Positions 1 through 10,620 of a stretch of 64,000 bases of DNA are shown in pieces (position 1 is the first letter of the stretch; each line of letters opens with the position of its first letter). The notes under the pieces were generated by a model. It ran no database searches and was not told the DNA's origin. It was given only the letters and a program-made list of their open reading frames with translations. This DNA is from an uncultured virus (IMG/VR IMGVR_UViG_3300028805_000099) (lineage: Duplodnaviria; Heunggongvirae; Uroviricota; Caudoviricetes; Crassvirales), in the IMG/VR virus record IMGVR_UViG_3300028805_000099; one strand, written 5' to 3'. The position numbers and the translations under genes were made by a program.

Positions 1-1
1 T

Positions 2-178
2 ATGATGGTTAAGGAAGGTACTGAAATACTTTGTGAACTTGCAGAGGAAATGGAAGAACTCTATGGTGAGAGAATGAGTATGAGAAGTGGCTCTATGGGC
101 AGAAGATATGGCCGTAGAGATGATGAGGAATCTCAAGACTATGGTGAGCGTAGAGGTTATTCCATGAGGTATAAATAA
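2..178 (+). CDS. small Arg/Gly/Tyr-rich hypothetical protein (possibly 5'-truncated by window edge)
   Basis: Manual translation MMVKEGTEILCELAEEMEELYGERMSMRSGSMGRRYGRRDDEESQDYGERRGYSMRYK-TAA; followed by a terminator. Confidence 0.65.
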   Translation: MMVKEGTEILCELAEEMEELYGERMSMRSGSMGRRYGRRDDEESQDYGERRGYSMRYK

Positions 179-193
179 CTGATTGTTAATCTT

Positions 194-230
194 ATATAGG
201 GCAGTAGGAATACTATTGCCCTATATTTTT
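194..230 (+). terminator. intrinsic terminator
   Basis: Stem ATATAGGGCAGTAG / CTATTGCCCTATAT followed by a T run. Confidence 0.75.
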
Positions 231-243
231 AATAAATAAAACT

Positions 244-645
244 ATGGAAGCAAGATTAGATAATTATGAGGTAAAACCGTCAGGCATGGATAACTATCTT
301 CAAAATTATGGATGGCACTTTAGCAAGAAAATGTGTGAATGGGCTGTTTCAATGATGAAAGGTAGGGAAGGTAATTCCATTAAAATGGTTGACAAGAATA
401 GTTTGGAACAGCAATTACTGCAAAGAAACCTTAAGATGGAACATAAGGGATATGATATAGTATATGTATATTGTATGGCTAAATCGGATTTCTTTGGAAG
501 CAGTTTAGTAAATGATGAAACTTTGTATAGGTATGTATATGACTATATAGGTGATAAAGATGGTTATGATAGTATAGCTTTCACTAGATTCTATGCTGAT
601 ACCATTGCTAAGGGAATCCCTGTAATATGGGAGGATATGATGTGA
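244..645 (+). CDS. conserved Bacteroidota-phage hypothetical protein (YGWHFSKKMCEWAV family)
   Basis: 133-aa ORF; motifs YGWHFSKKMCEWAVS and FTRFYAD...IPVIWEDMM recalled from Bacteroidales phage proteins. Confidence 0.8.
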   Translation: MEARLDNYEVKPSGMDNYLQNYGWHFSKKMCEWAVSMMKGREGNSIKMVDKNSLEQQLLQRNLKMEHKGYDIVYVYCMAKSDFFGSSLVNDETLYRYVYDYIGDKDGYDSIAFTRFYADTIAKGIPVIWEDMM

Positions 646-1031
646 TTATAAAGACTTTTGATATAAAAAACTATGATTGGGGAGTACATATCTATATAGG
701 TATGGATACATATTACATAGATTAGATACTTGATGATTTAAGTATAATGGGATGTCCTAAGCAATTAATGAAAGAAATTAAGGATAAAATGATAGAAAAC
801 AAGTTAAATACTGGTTTTACATATTCAAAAGGACATCACTCAGTAATAGTAACTGCTCCAACAACTAATCCAAAATAGACAATCAACTCACTTACACATG
901 AAGTAAGGCATCTTGTAGATGATATAGCAAAAACTGAAAGACTTGACCCTTATGGTGAAGATGTTGCATATCTTACAGGAGAAACTATGATGTAGTTGGT
1001 TGATGAACTAAAAATGATACTTTCAAAGTAA
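642..1031 (+). CDS. HExxH (zincin-like) protein, 129 aa, 3 in-frame TAG
   Basis: GTG overlaps the upstream stop (GTGA); reading TAG through gives ...LNTGFTYS...LTHEVRHLVDDIA...DPYGEDVAYLTG...TAA; absent from the ORF track. Confidence 0.75.
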
Positions 1032-1060
1032 TATAGGGAGCCTTATGGCTCTCTATATTT
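1031..1060 (+). terminator. intrinsic terminator
   Basis: ATATAGGGAGCC-TTAT-GGCTCTCTATAT hairpin plus T run. Confidence 0.7.
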
Positions 1061-1139
1061 GTTTAAATACATTGCATTAAATTTAAATTAATATTAATGT
1101 ATTAATTAACCTTAAAATAAACATTGTTTCCTATATTCC

Positions 1140-1158
1140 TATTTTATATACTTTTGCA
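1140..1158 (+). promoter_or_regulatory. Bacteroidota sigma-A-type promoter (-7 element TAnnTTTG)
   Basis: TATTTTATATACTTTTGCA, 23 nt upstream of ATG 1182; identical 19-mer at 15859-15877. Confidence 0.7.
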
Positions 1159-1181
1159 AAAAATTTTAAGGAGAAAATATT

Positions 1182-2357
1182 ATGGAAGAATTAGGATTTG
1201 ATAACCTTCTTACAGACATTGATGTAAATAGTCTATTTGGTGGTATGGAAGAAGGAGCAGATGCAAACAATGATGTTATTCAACAAGGTGATAAAAACAA
1301 TGTTGAAGAAGCAAAGACTGTAACAGAAGAAAGTAATAAACAGAAAACTAACATTACCGATGTAAACCCAGATGAATTGTTTGGAGGTTTGCAGGAGAGC
1401 GTAGGTGATGGAGAAGAAGAAAACTAGGAAGGGGAGACTAGCTCTGGAAAGGGCGGTAACAATTCTTCTCCTAACTTTTATTCTTCCGTGCTTAACGCCC
1501 TTAAGGAAGATGGAAGTCTCCCCGAACTTAGTGACGAGGATATAACTAATGTTAAGGATGATGAAGGATTTAGAGATGCTTTTGAGAAAGTAATCCAAGA
1601 CAGACTTGACGAAAGGACTAGAAGAATTGAGAATGCTCTTAATGCAGGTGCTGATATTGGAGAAATCAAACAGTATGAGAATATCCTTACTACTCTTAAC
1701 AACATTGATGAAGATGCTTTAAAGCAAGAAGGTGCCAAAGGTGATGACCTTAGGAGAAGAATCATTGCACAAGACCTTATGAATAGAGGTTATTCGGAAG
1801 AAAAAATCAAAAGAGAAGTGAAGAAAGCTTTTGATGCTGGCACTGACATTGAAGATGCAATTGAGGCTCTTCAAGCAAATGTTTAGTTCTATACTCAAAA
1901 ATATAGCGACCTTATTGAGGAAGGTAAGGAGCAAGCTAAGAAATATAAGGAAGATATGCGTAGGCAAGGAGAAGAACTACGCAAGTCCATCGTGGAAGAT
2001 AAGGGCATCTTCGATGAAATTGGAATGGACAAAAGAATGAGGCAGAAAGTCTATGACAATATCAGCAAACCTTCATATAAGACTAAGGATGGTAATTGGT
2101 TGACAGAAATCCAGAAATATCAAATGGAAAATCAAGCAGATTTCCTTAAATATGTAAGTTTGTTCTACACTATGACTGATGGTTTTAAAGACCTTTCTCC
2201 TCTGATTAAAAAGCAAGTTAAGAAGGAAAGGACTTCTAGTATCAAGGAACTTGAGAATAAACTCAAAGGAACCAATAGAGTAAATACTGGAAGACTTAAC
2301 TATGTTAACTCTAATTCGGAAGAAAACGATGATTTGAAATTTCTTTTTGGAGACTAA
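1182..2357 (+). CDS. crAss conserved protein upstream of the capsid gene (putative scaffold/capsid assembly protein), 391 aa, 2 in-frame TAG
   Basis: ORFs 1182, 1488 and 1956 share one frame, separated only by TAG (1425, 1884); acidic N-terminus; position before the capsid gene. Confidence 0.8.
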
Positions 2358-2383
2358 TTACTAATTTCTAAATATAAACAATT

Positions 2384-3889
2384 ATGGCAGGATTATTGAG
2401 ACCTGGAATGTCTGTTGGACCTAAAAGATGGAAAGGGTTGCAGACTAGAGAATCTTTAGCCTACTTGTGTATGCATAACCAACAGTAGGCTGCATAGAAT
2501 GTTGTGAATTTGATGGCTTGGAGATATGGCAATACCCTTGATACTTTGATGTCCAAATTGCCTACCAAGACCTTTAAGACTGATGATGAATATACTTGGT
2601 ATATTCAAGGACCTTCTAGAAAGAACTGGCCTTTGCGTGAAGCAAGAACCCTTGATGGTACTCCTATTACTTCTAGTACTAGTGGTCCTATTGGTGCTAA
2701 TCAAGAGCCTTTCTATTTGGTTTTTGACAATGACTGGGTGCATAGAGGGGCTACTATCGTTGGTGAATTGAATGAGGTCTATCAGTTTGTTGTGATGGAT
2801 GAGCCTAGATATGAGGGAAGTAGCACTTGTTATAGATGCTATCTTAGCGGTGCCAATACTGCTGGTATTCCAGTTGAAAGACTGCTTCCTGGTGAGAAGT
2901 TCAGCTTTGAAGCAAACTTTGTTGAGAACGGTTTGGATAGAGAGGTTGGTGACCTTCAAGGTGCAACTCATGCTCAGATGAGAAATGAATTCTCTACTAT
3001 CAGAAGCAAATACAAAGTTGATGGTGCTATGTCTTATGACAAGATGGCTGTTGGTTTGCAAGTTGAAAAGGATGGCAAGATGGTCACTTATGATGGCTGG
3101 ATGCTTTATGTTGACTTCTTGTTTGAAAGAGACTTCAGAGACCAAAAGAACAGAGCACTTGCTTATGGTAAGAGCAACAGAAATGAAAATGGTGAATATA
3201 TGGACTTTGGTCCTTCTGGCAAGGCTATTAGAAAGTCAGCTGGTTTGTATCAACAGCTTGATTATGGTAATGTCAGATATGTCAACCAATTCAACCTTAG
3301 AGTTCTTGAACAGTCACTTATGGACTTAATGAGTGGTAAGGTTGACTATGCCAATAGACATGTTACCATTACTACTGGTGATGGTGGTGCTATGGACTTC
3401 CATAAGGCTATCTTGAATGAAACCCAAGGCTGGACTAACTTGACTCTTGATAATAGTTCAGTCAATATGATTCAGAAGGTTAATTCTCCTTACCATCAGA
3501 ACTCCTTGAGTGCTGGCTTCCAATTCACTCAGTGGAGAAGTCCTATGGGTATCGTTATTGACCTTTTGGTTGACCAATCCTATAATGACCCTGTGAGAAA
3601 CAAGATTAGACTTGATGATGGTTCTCTTGCTTATTCTCATAGAATGGATATTATGGACTTAGGTAGTGGTACTGAACAAAACATCTTCAAGTGCACTACT
3701 GAGGCTTATCCTGAGGTGAGAGGTTATCAGGCTGGTCCTTTTGGTAATCCATTCACTGGTGAAATGGGTAATAACCATGCTTCTTATGATGAGAACAGTG
3801 CAGTTGTCCATAAGAGAGCTGTCTTGGGTATTTGTGTTCTTGACCCAACTAGAGTGGTGTCTATCATTCCTGATGTGTTGAGAGGTTGA
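2384..3889 (+). CDS. major capsid protein (crAss-type), 501 aa, TAG at codons 35 and 38
   Basis: ATG 2384 is in frame with ORF 2504; MAGLLRPG...WKGLQT; crAss capsid-like motifs MRNEFSTIR, LAYGKSNRNENGEY, SAGFQFTQW, GICVLDPTR. Confidence 0.9.
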
Positions 3890-3909
3890 TAAATATACTT
3901 TAATCTATT

Positions 3910-3940
3910 AAAAGGGGGTAGTTAACCTCATCCCCTTTTT
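3910..3940 (+). terminator. probable intrinsic terminator after the capsid gene
   Basis: AAAAGGGGG...TCCCCTTTTT imperfect hairpin. Confidence 0.55.
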
Positions 3941-3944
3941 ACAT

Positions 3945-4020
3945 TGCGGGATGTTAGCAGTGGTAACTAGCCAGTCTCATAAACTGGAGGTCATAGGTTC
4001 AAATCCTATTCCCGCAACCA
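3945..4020 (+). tRNA. tRNA with CAT anticodon (Met or Ile2)
   Basis: Acceptor stem TGCGGGA/TCCCGCA, anticodon arm CCAGT-CTCATAA-ACTGG, T arm ATAGG-TTCAAAT-CCTAT, encoded 3' ACCA; 76 nt. Confidence 0.93.
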
Positions 4021-4041
4021 CTTTTTAAAGGAGAAAATAAA

Positions 4042-4962
4042 ATGGAAGAAGAAATTATTGAAAAGAAAGGCAAGAAACAAAAAGATACTTCTGCATTGAA
4101 GAGTTGCCTTAGAAATGAAAGAGTTATTGTAAGATTCATTAATAAGCCTTCACCTCTTATTAAAGACCCAGAGCATACTCTAAGTGGTGGTCTTGTTGAA
4201 GGTGGTCATGTTACATTTAGTGGTCCTCCTAGACTTACAAACGGTACTATCAAGAATTGCTTGACCAATGATGAAAAAGCTTATTTGGAGTATCTGTTAG
4301 GACTTGAGGATAATGCTTTGTCAGTCTATAGAAAAGATGAAGATAACTTTTGGGCAAGTGGCAATGGTAATGTTGAGATTACCTTGACTAAGGAAGACTC
4401 TTACTTGAATTTAGCTAATGCCCATGATTATATGGTCTATAAGATGTTGCTCTCTTGGTCAGACTATATCTGCCCATCATTAGACCAACTTAAAAATGCT
4501 AATAAGGCAACTTATAGATATGTTATCATTAATGAAAATGATGAGGCAAAAGCTGCTGATGATGAAATGAGTATTACCTCAAGATGCTATTTTGCATTTG
4601 GTCAATATAAGGATAATGCAGAAGTCCTTAGATTTGTCATTGAAACACTCACTGGTAAGAATCTTGCACCTTCAACTAAGATTGAATTCTTGCGTCAACA
4701 GGCTAATGAACAAATCAAGGCTAAACCTAAGTTGTTCTTAAGTGTAATTGAAGACCCGCTTATTGAAACAAAGACTCTTATTCATCAGGCTGTCGACAAT
4801 GGTATTATTTCAAGAAGAGGGGATTTCTATTATATGACTGAAACTAATCAAGCTCTTAGTGAAGGTAGTACTGACCCAACAATAACAAATGCAGCTAAGT
4901 TCCTTGAAAGTCCTAAGAGACAAGACTTGTTGCTTACAATTCAAGCTAAAGTAAAACAATAA
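4042..4962 (+). CDS. crAss conserved protein downstream of the capsid gene, 306 aa
   Basis: Uninterrupted ORF with AGGAG leader; position matches the conserved crAss gene after the capsid gene. Confidence 0.8.
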   Translation: MEEEIIEKKGKKQKDTSALKSCLRNERVIVRFINKPSPLIKDPEHTLSGGLVEGGHVTFSGPPRLTNGTIKNCLTNDEKAYLEYLLGLEDNALSVYRKDEDNFWASGNGNVEITLTKEDSYLNLANAHDYMVYKMLLSWSDYICPSLDQLKNANKATYRYVIINENDEAKAADDEMSITSRCYFAFGQYKDNAEVLRFVIETLTGKNLAPSTKIEFLRQQANEQIKAKPKLFLSVIEDPLIETKTLIHQAVDNGIISRRGDFYYMTETNQALSEGSTDPTITNAAKFLESPKRQDLLLTIQAKVKQ

Positions 4963-4994
4963 TTAAACTATATATAAAGTAAGGAATAAATATT

Positions 4995-5873
4995 ATGACT
5001 ACAACAGAAATGTCCAATGAGTTTGACATACTCTATAATCAAGTCAATTCAAATCAAGCCCCTGGTGTTGATGAATATGAAAAAAGTGTGTTCCTTACTA
5101 AAGCATAGAACCAAGTTATTCTTGCAAAGTTTGACCCTAGAGGAAACAAATTCCAATCAGGATTTAACATCAATGATTTGGGATAGCTTAGGTAGTATGA
5201 TTTCTCAACACTTATTGATAATGCCGAGTTAGATAGGGTTACTTCACAGCAATATTCACCTTATGACCCAAGAGCAATTACTTTTGTATTACCAGACGAC
5301 TACTTCCTTACACTGAATGAAAGTGTTGTTGAAAATTATGATGGGGTTCCTTACATTTATCAAATAATTGATATCAGTTATAATGATTATACAAGATTAA
5401 TGTAGAAACCTTACCAATATCCACCAAAAAGAAGTGTTTGGAAACTTATAACAAAGAATGGTTCTGTAGAGGAACAAATAGAAGTTGAAGACAACCCTCA
5501 AGTTGCTCAAATACAAACAGAAAGAGGTGCTAGGTTACACACTGTGCAAAACATTGAAATCTCAGGAACTTTTTGTGAATTGATAGGTAAATTTATAAAT
5601 GAAGATAATATTACCTATAAGATGAGATATGTAAAGAGACCTACACCTATAGTATTGGTAGATTTAAGTTCTGATAACCTATCAATTGATGGTGTTAGTG
5701 AAGAAACACCTTGCAAGCTTCCTGAAGGAGTACATCATATTATTGTTCAAAGGGCGGTTGAACTCTGTACTGCCATATACAATCCACAGGCTTTAGGTAA
5801 CTTGGTTGGTGTAGGTAATGCAAGTGCAACTGATTTAGGAGTAATTCCATCAAATAATAAGGAGAAAGACTGA
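4995..5873 (+). CDS. tail ring protein (ring 4/5-like), 292 aa, TAG-recoded
   Basis: MTTTEMSNEFDILYNQVNSNQAPGVDEYEKSVFLTKA*N...; same frame as ORF 5544; C-terminal YVKRPTPIVLVDL...HHIIVQRAVEL; paralog of the next gene. Confidence 0.82.
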
Positions 5874-6559
5874 TGAGTACTGAAGAAATGAGTAATTAGT
5901 TTGATATACTGATTAACGCATATTCACAAAGTCCTCAAGACCCTCTGGCTTTTGATGAATATGAGAAGTCAATATTTCTTACTGAAGCACAAGAATAGTT
6001 GGTAATTTCCTTATACGATGGAAAGAATGACTTAGGTAATATGTTTGAACTTACTGAGGAAGATAGGAGATACTTAAGTGACCTAGTAAAAACTTATAGT
6101 ACACCTGTCTCTGAACCTATAAACTATCATATAATAAAGAATTCTAAGTTCTTTAAGTTACCTAATGATATATTATTCATTACTTATGAGAGTGTAAAAC
6201 TAGAGTCAAAAGATGATTCTTGTATAAATAATAAGGTAATAAAAGTTCAACCTGTAACTCAAGATGAATTTCATAAAATAAAGGAAAATCCTTTTAGAGG
6301 AGCTAATGATAATAGAGCATTAAGACTGGATGTTGAAGATAATATGGTTGAGATAGTGTCTAACCAAAACATAAAAGAATATTTTATAAGATATGTAAAA
6401 AGACCTTCTCCTATAGTTTTAGTGAAACTAAACCCTCCATTATCTATTGAAGGAGAAACTAATATAACTGAAAGTGAACTAAACCCTATCCTCCATAATA
6501 AGATAGTAAATTATGCAGTTCGTCTTGCTTTACAATCAAAAAGTATTGGAAGAAAATAA
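5873..6559 (+). CDS. tail ring protein (ring 3-like), 228 aa, 2 in-frame TAG
   Basis: TGATG-coupled start; MSTEEMSN*FDILINAY...FDEYEKSIFLTEAQE*LVISLY; YVKRPSPIVLVKL; paralog of the upstream gene. Confidence 0.82.
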
Positions 6560-6624
6560 TAACAATAAACTTATAAATAATAAATTAATTAATTCACATT
6601 TTGTTTAACTAAACTTTAAGAAAA

Positions 6625-7659
6625 ATGTTTACACAAAATCAAATTAGACAGATGTTTGTAGCTAATGCTTATAGCACTACTGCTGCTGAGGGCAATATCT
6701 CTGTCACAAAAGAAGGTAATGATTACAGAATTCTTCATTACGGTAAGGATGGTCTTCCTACTGTTGCTCACATTCCTGAGGACCATATTCTTTATACAAA
6801 AGCAGTTCCTGCTGATAAAATGAAGTATACTTCAAGAGCATCCTTAATTACTTTGAATAGTAATTATCTTGTTGATACTAACAATGATAGTACTGGTGAC
6901 TCTCTTGTTAGTGGTCAGGACTATATCCTTAATGTAAGAATCAATGGTCTTTATTGGGATTCTGATGAAGTGTGGGGTCATAAGTATGGTGCCGTTCATG
7001 CTACTTATGGTATGTCTCCTAGTAACTTCTATATTAAGATGGCTCTTTCTTTGGCAAAGAATCTTAGTAGAGATGTTGCTCCCATGTTGAAGGTATATGT
7101 TACTATTAGTACTTCAAGTTTTGTTTATTCTGGTTCAGGTCAAACTGTATTTGAAGTGACTGCTGATACTGCTGAGTCTTCACTTACTGGTACTTATGTC
7201 GGTATTGTCATTGATGAAGTTGAGCAACCTTGGAGACTTGGTGTGATGCCTCAACACCCTGTTGAGTTTATTGCCAATCCTTCAACTATTCTCTTCTCTG
7301 GTGAAGAAGTTACTTGGGGTACCTCTAAGAAGATTGCTGGAAACCTGATTATCCAAAACAGCAAGAAGATTGCTGATATGGAATATTTCTACCATGCCAA
7401 CAGAGGTGACTATAACAGAGAAGCTGCTTGGCCTAACAACTGGGCTGCTGCATATCTTGCAAATTCAAATGCTCAGTATGGCTATGATACGGTTGAAATC
7501 CATTGGTATTGGGATGGTGCTAACCATGCAGTGCAGAAATCTGAGAAGGATATTACTATTGCATTTCCTGCTGCTAGTGGTACTGGAGAGTGTGATAACT
7601 TTATCACTGCTTGGAATAATTTAAATGGTGTAGAAATTGAAGAAATTGATAGAGACTGA
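6625..7659 (+). CDS. structural protein, probable auxiliary capsid protein, 344 aa
   Basis: Uninterrupted ORF; MFTQNQIRQMFVA, EQPWRLG, KIADMEYFYHANRGD, QKSEKDITI motifs; synteny with crAss001 gp36. Confidence 0.72.
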   Translation: MFTQNQIRQMFVANAYSTTAAEGNISVTKEGNDYRILHYGKDGLPTVAHIPEDHILYTKAVPADKMKYTSRASLITLNSNYLVDTNNDSTGDSLVSGQDYILNVRINGLYWDSDEVWGHKYGAVHATYGMSPSNFYIKMALSLAKNLSRDVAPMLKVYVTISTSSFVYSGSGQTVFEVTADTAESSLTGTYVGIVIDEVEQPWRLGVMPQHPVEFIANPSTILFSGEEVTWGTSKKIAGNLIIQNSKKIADMEYFYHANRGDYNREAAWPNNWAAAYLANSNAQYGYDTVEIHWYWDGANHAVQKSEKDITIAFPAASGTGECDNFITAWNNLNGVEIEEIDRD

Positions 7660-7681
7660 TAACTCTTAAAAACTTAAATAT

Positions 7682-7718
7682 GGGGAGGTGGGGGAAACTC
7701 TATCTCCCTTTATTTTTT
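7682..7718 (+). terminator. intrinsic terminator
   Basis: GGGAGGTGGGG-GAAA-CTCTATCTCCC (G-U pairs) followed by TTTATTTTTT. Confidence 0.75.
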
Positions 7719-7744
7719 AATTATTCTTTATTAAACTAAGCATT

Positions 7745-8365
7745 ATGGAAATAACAAAGAATATTTATATAGATAGTCAGAGATAGCTGCATGTGTATGT
7801 AGATATCACTGAAGGTAATAATGACCCAGTAGATAATGGCATTTACATTACCTCTGCATAGATTTATAACAATAAGTCATATATTGATGGTAATCCTATA
7901 TATAATATACATGTTGATAGTAATTCCCATAAAATAGATGAGATTATTACCGACAATAATATTGCTGCTATAGATTAGGTATTGAATGACTCTTGTTATC
8001 CTACTGATTTACATAGAAGCTTATTGATTATAGTATTATCATTGGAGTACAGTGATGAATACCAAAATTCACATACTTGTGCATAGACTCCTAATGTCTT
8101 GACTTTTGCAGTATATTATCCATGTACTCTATATACTGGACTATTGCCTAGCATTAATGAGCTTGAGCAGGATTGCACATAGATACCTATGAATTTTGTA
8201 AATGGCTTATTAAGAAAGAAAGCAATTGATGCTTGCATAGAAGCAGGACATTTTGAATAGGCTTGTAAATATTGGTGTAAGTTTTATCAACATGGGGCAG
8301 CTACTTTCAGTTCTGCTTCAACAAACAGTGGAGGTTGTGGTTGTCATGGTTAGTAGTATTCATAA
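7745..8365 (+). CDS. tail hub protein A-like, TAG-recoded
   Basis: Manual translation MEITKNIYIDSQR*LHVYV...IPMNFVNGLLRKKAIDACIEAGHFE*ACKYW...GGCGCHG**YS-TAA; synteny; absent from the ORF track. Confidence 0.7.
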
Positions 8366-8591
8366 CATATTGGATAATTATTTTACTTCTCTTACAGATT
8401 ATGGATATGTAAATAGTCAGATTACTTTAAAGGTGTTGCTTGCTGCTTTGATAGATGATGAATACGATAATATCATACTTTGTAAACCTGAATATCAAGC
8501 AGTTTTAAACAGACTTAGAGTAATGTTAGACAATTCTTCTTGTGTATTTACATTACAATCTAATTGTAGAAGTTCTTGCTAGAATCATTAA
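8346..8591 (+). CDS. tail hub protein B-like (ends at TAG 8582 or TAA 8591)
   Basis: MVSSIHNILDNYFTSLTDYGYVNSQITLKVLL...SSCVF; overlaps the end of hub A; synteny. Confidence 0.62.
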
Positions 8592-8630
8592 ACTATAATT
8601 AAAACCTCTGTAGAGATAAGGTATTTTCTT

Positions 8631-8640
8631 TATTTTTGCA
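8631..8640 (+). promoter_or_regulatory. Bacteroidota-type -7 promoter element
   Basis: Intergenic TATTTTTGCA, 25 nt upstream of ATG 8666. Confidence 0.55.
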
Positions 8641-8665
8641 GAGGTTTTGTATAAAATATAATACA

Positions 8666-9406
8666 ATGAAAGCAAAAGAATTAGTATATATGTGTCTTGA
8701 CCTCTGTAAGGAGTTTTCAGATGATTCTTCATTTACTGAAGAGCATGTGTTATTCCTTTTAAACAAATATAGGTCTCTAGTTCTTAAACAGGAGTATGAA
8801 AGACAAAAGAAGGAAAGTAGCATAGAAAACAAATAGTCAATATGCCTTAATTTGGAGGCAGTTGATGAAAACATAAACAACCCTTGTGGAGATTTGATGT
8901 TAAGGTCAGTTGAAAAGATTCCCACTACATTGGAGTTTAGCTAGCCTTAGGTTTCTACTATAAGTTTTTTCAGTAATCCTATGATGTGTTATGTAACTCC
9001 TGAGAAACTTAAATTTGTAAATTATAACAAGTTTCTTTAGAATATAATATATTGTGCATTAGCTCCTGATGGACATGTTTATCTTAAATCCAGTAATCCA
9101 CAATTTCAATATTTAGAGAGAATAAAACTTTCTGCTGTATTTGAAGATTTTGAAGAAGCAAGTAATCTAGCTTGTGATAAAGAAGGAAACCAAGATAATT
9201 GCAATATTATGGATAAAGAATTTCCTATTGAAAGTTATCTAGTACCAGCTTTAATCAATGATGTAGTAAAGCAACTGCTTGGTTCTAAGTATATTAGCTA
9301 TGACAAATATAATAATGCTAAGGATGATATAGCAGATATTGCACAGTTTGTAAGATAGAATATGAAGTCTTAGGCAGCAAAACAAATTGAAGGAGATGTA
9401 GACTGA
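8666..9406 (+). CDS. tail ring protein (ring 2-like), 246 aa, TAG-recoded
   Basis: MKAKELVYMCLD...SDDSSFTEEHVLFLLNKYR...ENK*SICL...YNKFL*NIIYC...YLKSSNPQF...FPIE...TGA 9406. Confidence 0.82.
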
Positions 9407-9938
9407 TAAACCAAGTGCTGAATACAGGGCAAAAACCTTAAAGATTAAAGGCAAGAGAAACCACGATGTTAAAGGTAGTGTTGGAGTAAGGGATATATAT
9501 GACAAACTACCTTTAGAGAAAAGGAAAGCCTGTGATTTAATCTTATTCAGAAAAATCATCAGAAAGGTCAATTTAAGGCTCTGTGAAGAGATTTCAATAG
9601 GAAATATAGTTACCATACCTTTTAAGATGGGAAGGCTCTATGTGACTAAAAAACTCACTAAAAATAAGATTATAGATGGTAAACTAGAAAACACTATGCC
9701 TATTGATTGGAATAGAACTATGGCACTTTGGGAGGAAGATAATGAAGCCAAAGAAAAGAAAATCCTGATAAAGCATAATGTACCTTCTGTATATAAACTA
9801 ACTTATGACAAACATTATATAGACTATCCAAATAAGGTATATTATCACTTTGGTTTCAACAGACAGCTAAAAATTACTGTAAAGGAAAACATAAACAGTG
9901 GCAAACTTATAGATGCGTTTTCAATAAAATACAAATAA
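9396..9938 (+). CDS. crAss IHF/HU-like DNA-binding protein, 180 aa, TAG at codon 2
   Basis: ATG TAG ACT..., same frame as ORF 9627; FRKIIRKVN...VTIPFKMGRL...PIDWNRTMALWEED; synteny. Confidence 0.7.
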
Positions 9939-9939
9939 A

Positions 9940-10620
9940 ATGATTAGCAATATAAATTTAATTACAATAAGGGAAGTAATGGCTAGAGTATTAGGACACC
10001 CAATGCTTTAGGATGTTACTATAGAGTAGTGTGTGAGACATACTTTGGATTTTATAAACAAAGTAGGTTATCCTTAGATATATGATGAGAAGGAAGTTGA
10101 GGTTGAAATAAATGATTATAGGGGCATTCTACCTTGTGACTTGGTTTCAATAATCTTAGTTAAAGATGGATGTGAAGTATTGAAAAAGAGTACTGGTTAC
10201 TTTAAGAAATGCTGTGGCAATCCTTCTTATAACACAAAAGGAAGATATATCTATACTACTTTTAAGCAAGGTAAAGTACAGGTTGCCTATAGAGCAATTC
10301 CTGTTGATTAGGATGGTTTTCCTTTGATTCCTGATTTACCAGTATTTCTTAATGCTTTGGAACTTTATATCAAATGGAGAGCTTTTATTGTCTTATTCGA
10401 CTAGCAGAAGATTACTCCACAAATACTTCAACATACAGAGAAGGATTATTCAGCAGCAGTTGCACAACTTAATTCAGAAATGGCTTTACCTGATTATGCT
10501 GAAATGGAGAATATAACAAACATGATTAATCAACTTATACCAAGTGTATATGAGTACAGCAGGGCTTTTAACACTCTTGGAGACCATACACATTTGGATA
10601 ATTTAGGAGGAGGGTATTAA
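9940..10620 (+). CDS. tail ring protein (ring 1-like), 226 aa, TAG-recoded
   Basis: MISNINLITIREVMARVLGHPML*DVTIE*CV...INDYRGILPCD...YRAIPVD*DGFPLIPD...ALELYIK; absent from the ORF track. Confidence 0.82.

Noticed and set aside
3945..4020. Candidate amber suppressor tRNA
   Set aside because: Anticodon is CAT, not CTA; no suppressor tRNA seen in this window
8253..8345. ORF-track start at 8253 for the tail hub B gene
   Set aside because: It overlaps the recoded hub A gene; ATG 8346 fits better
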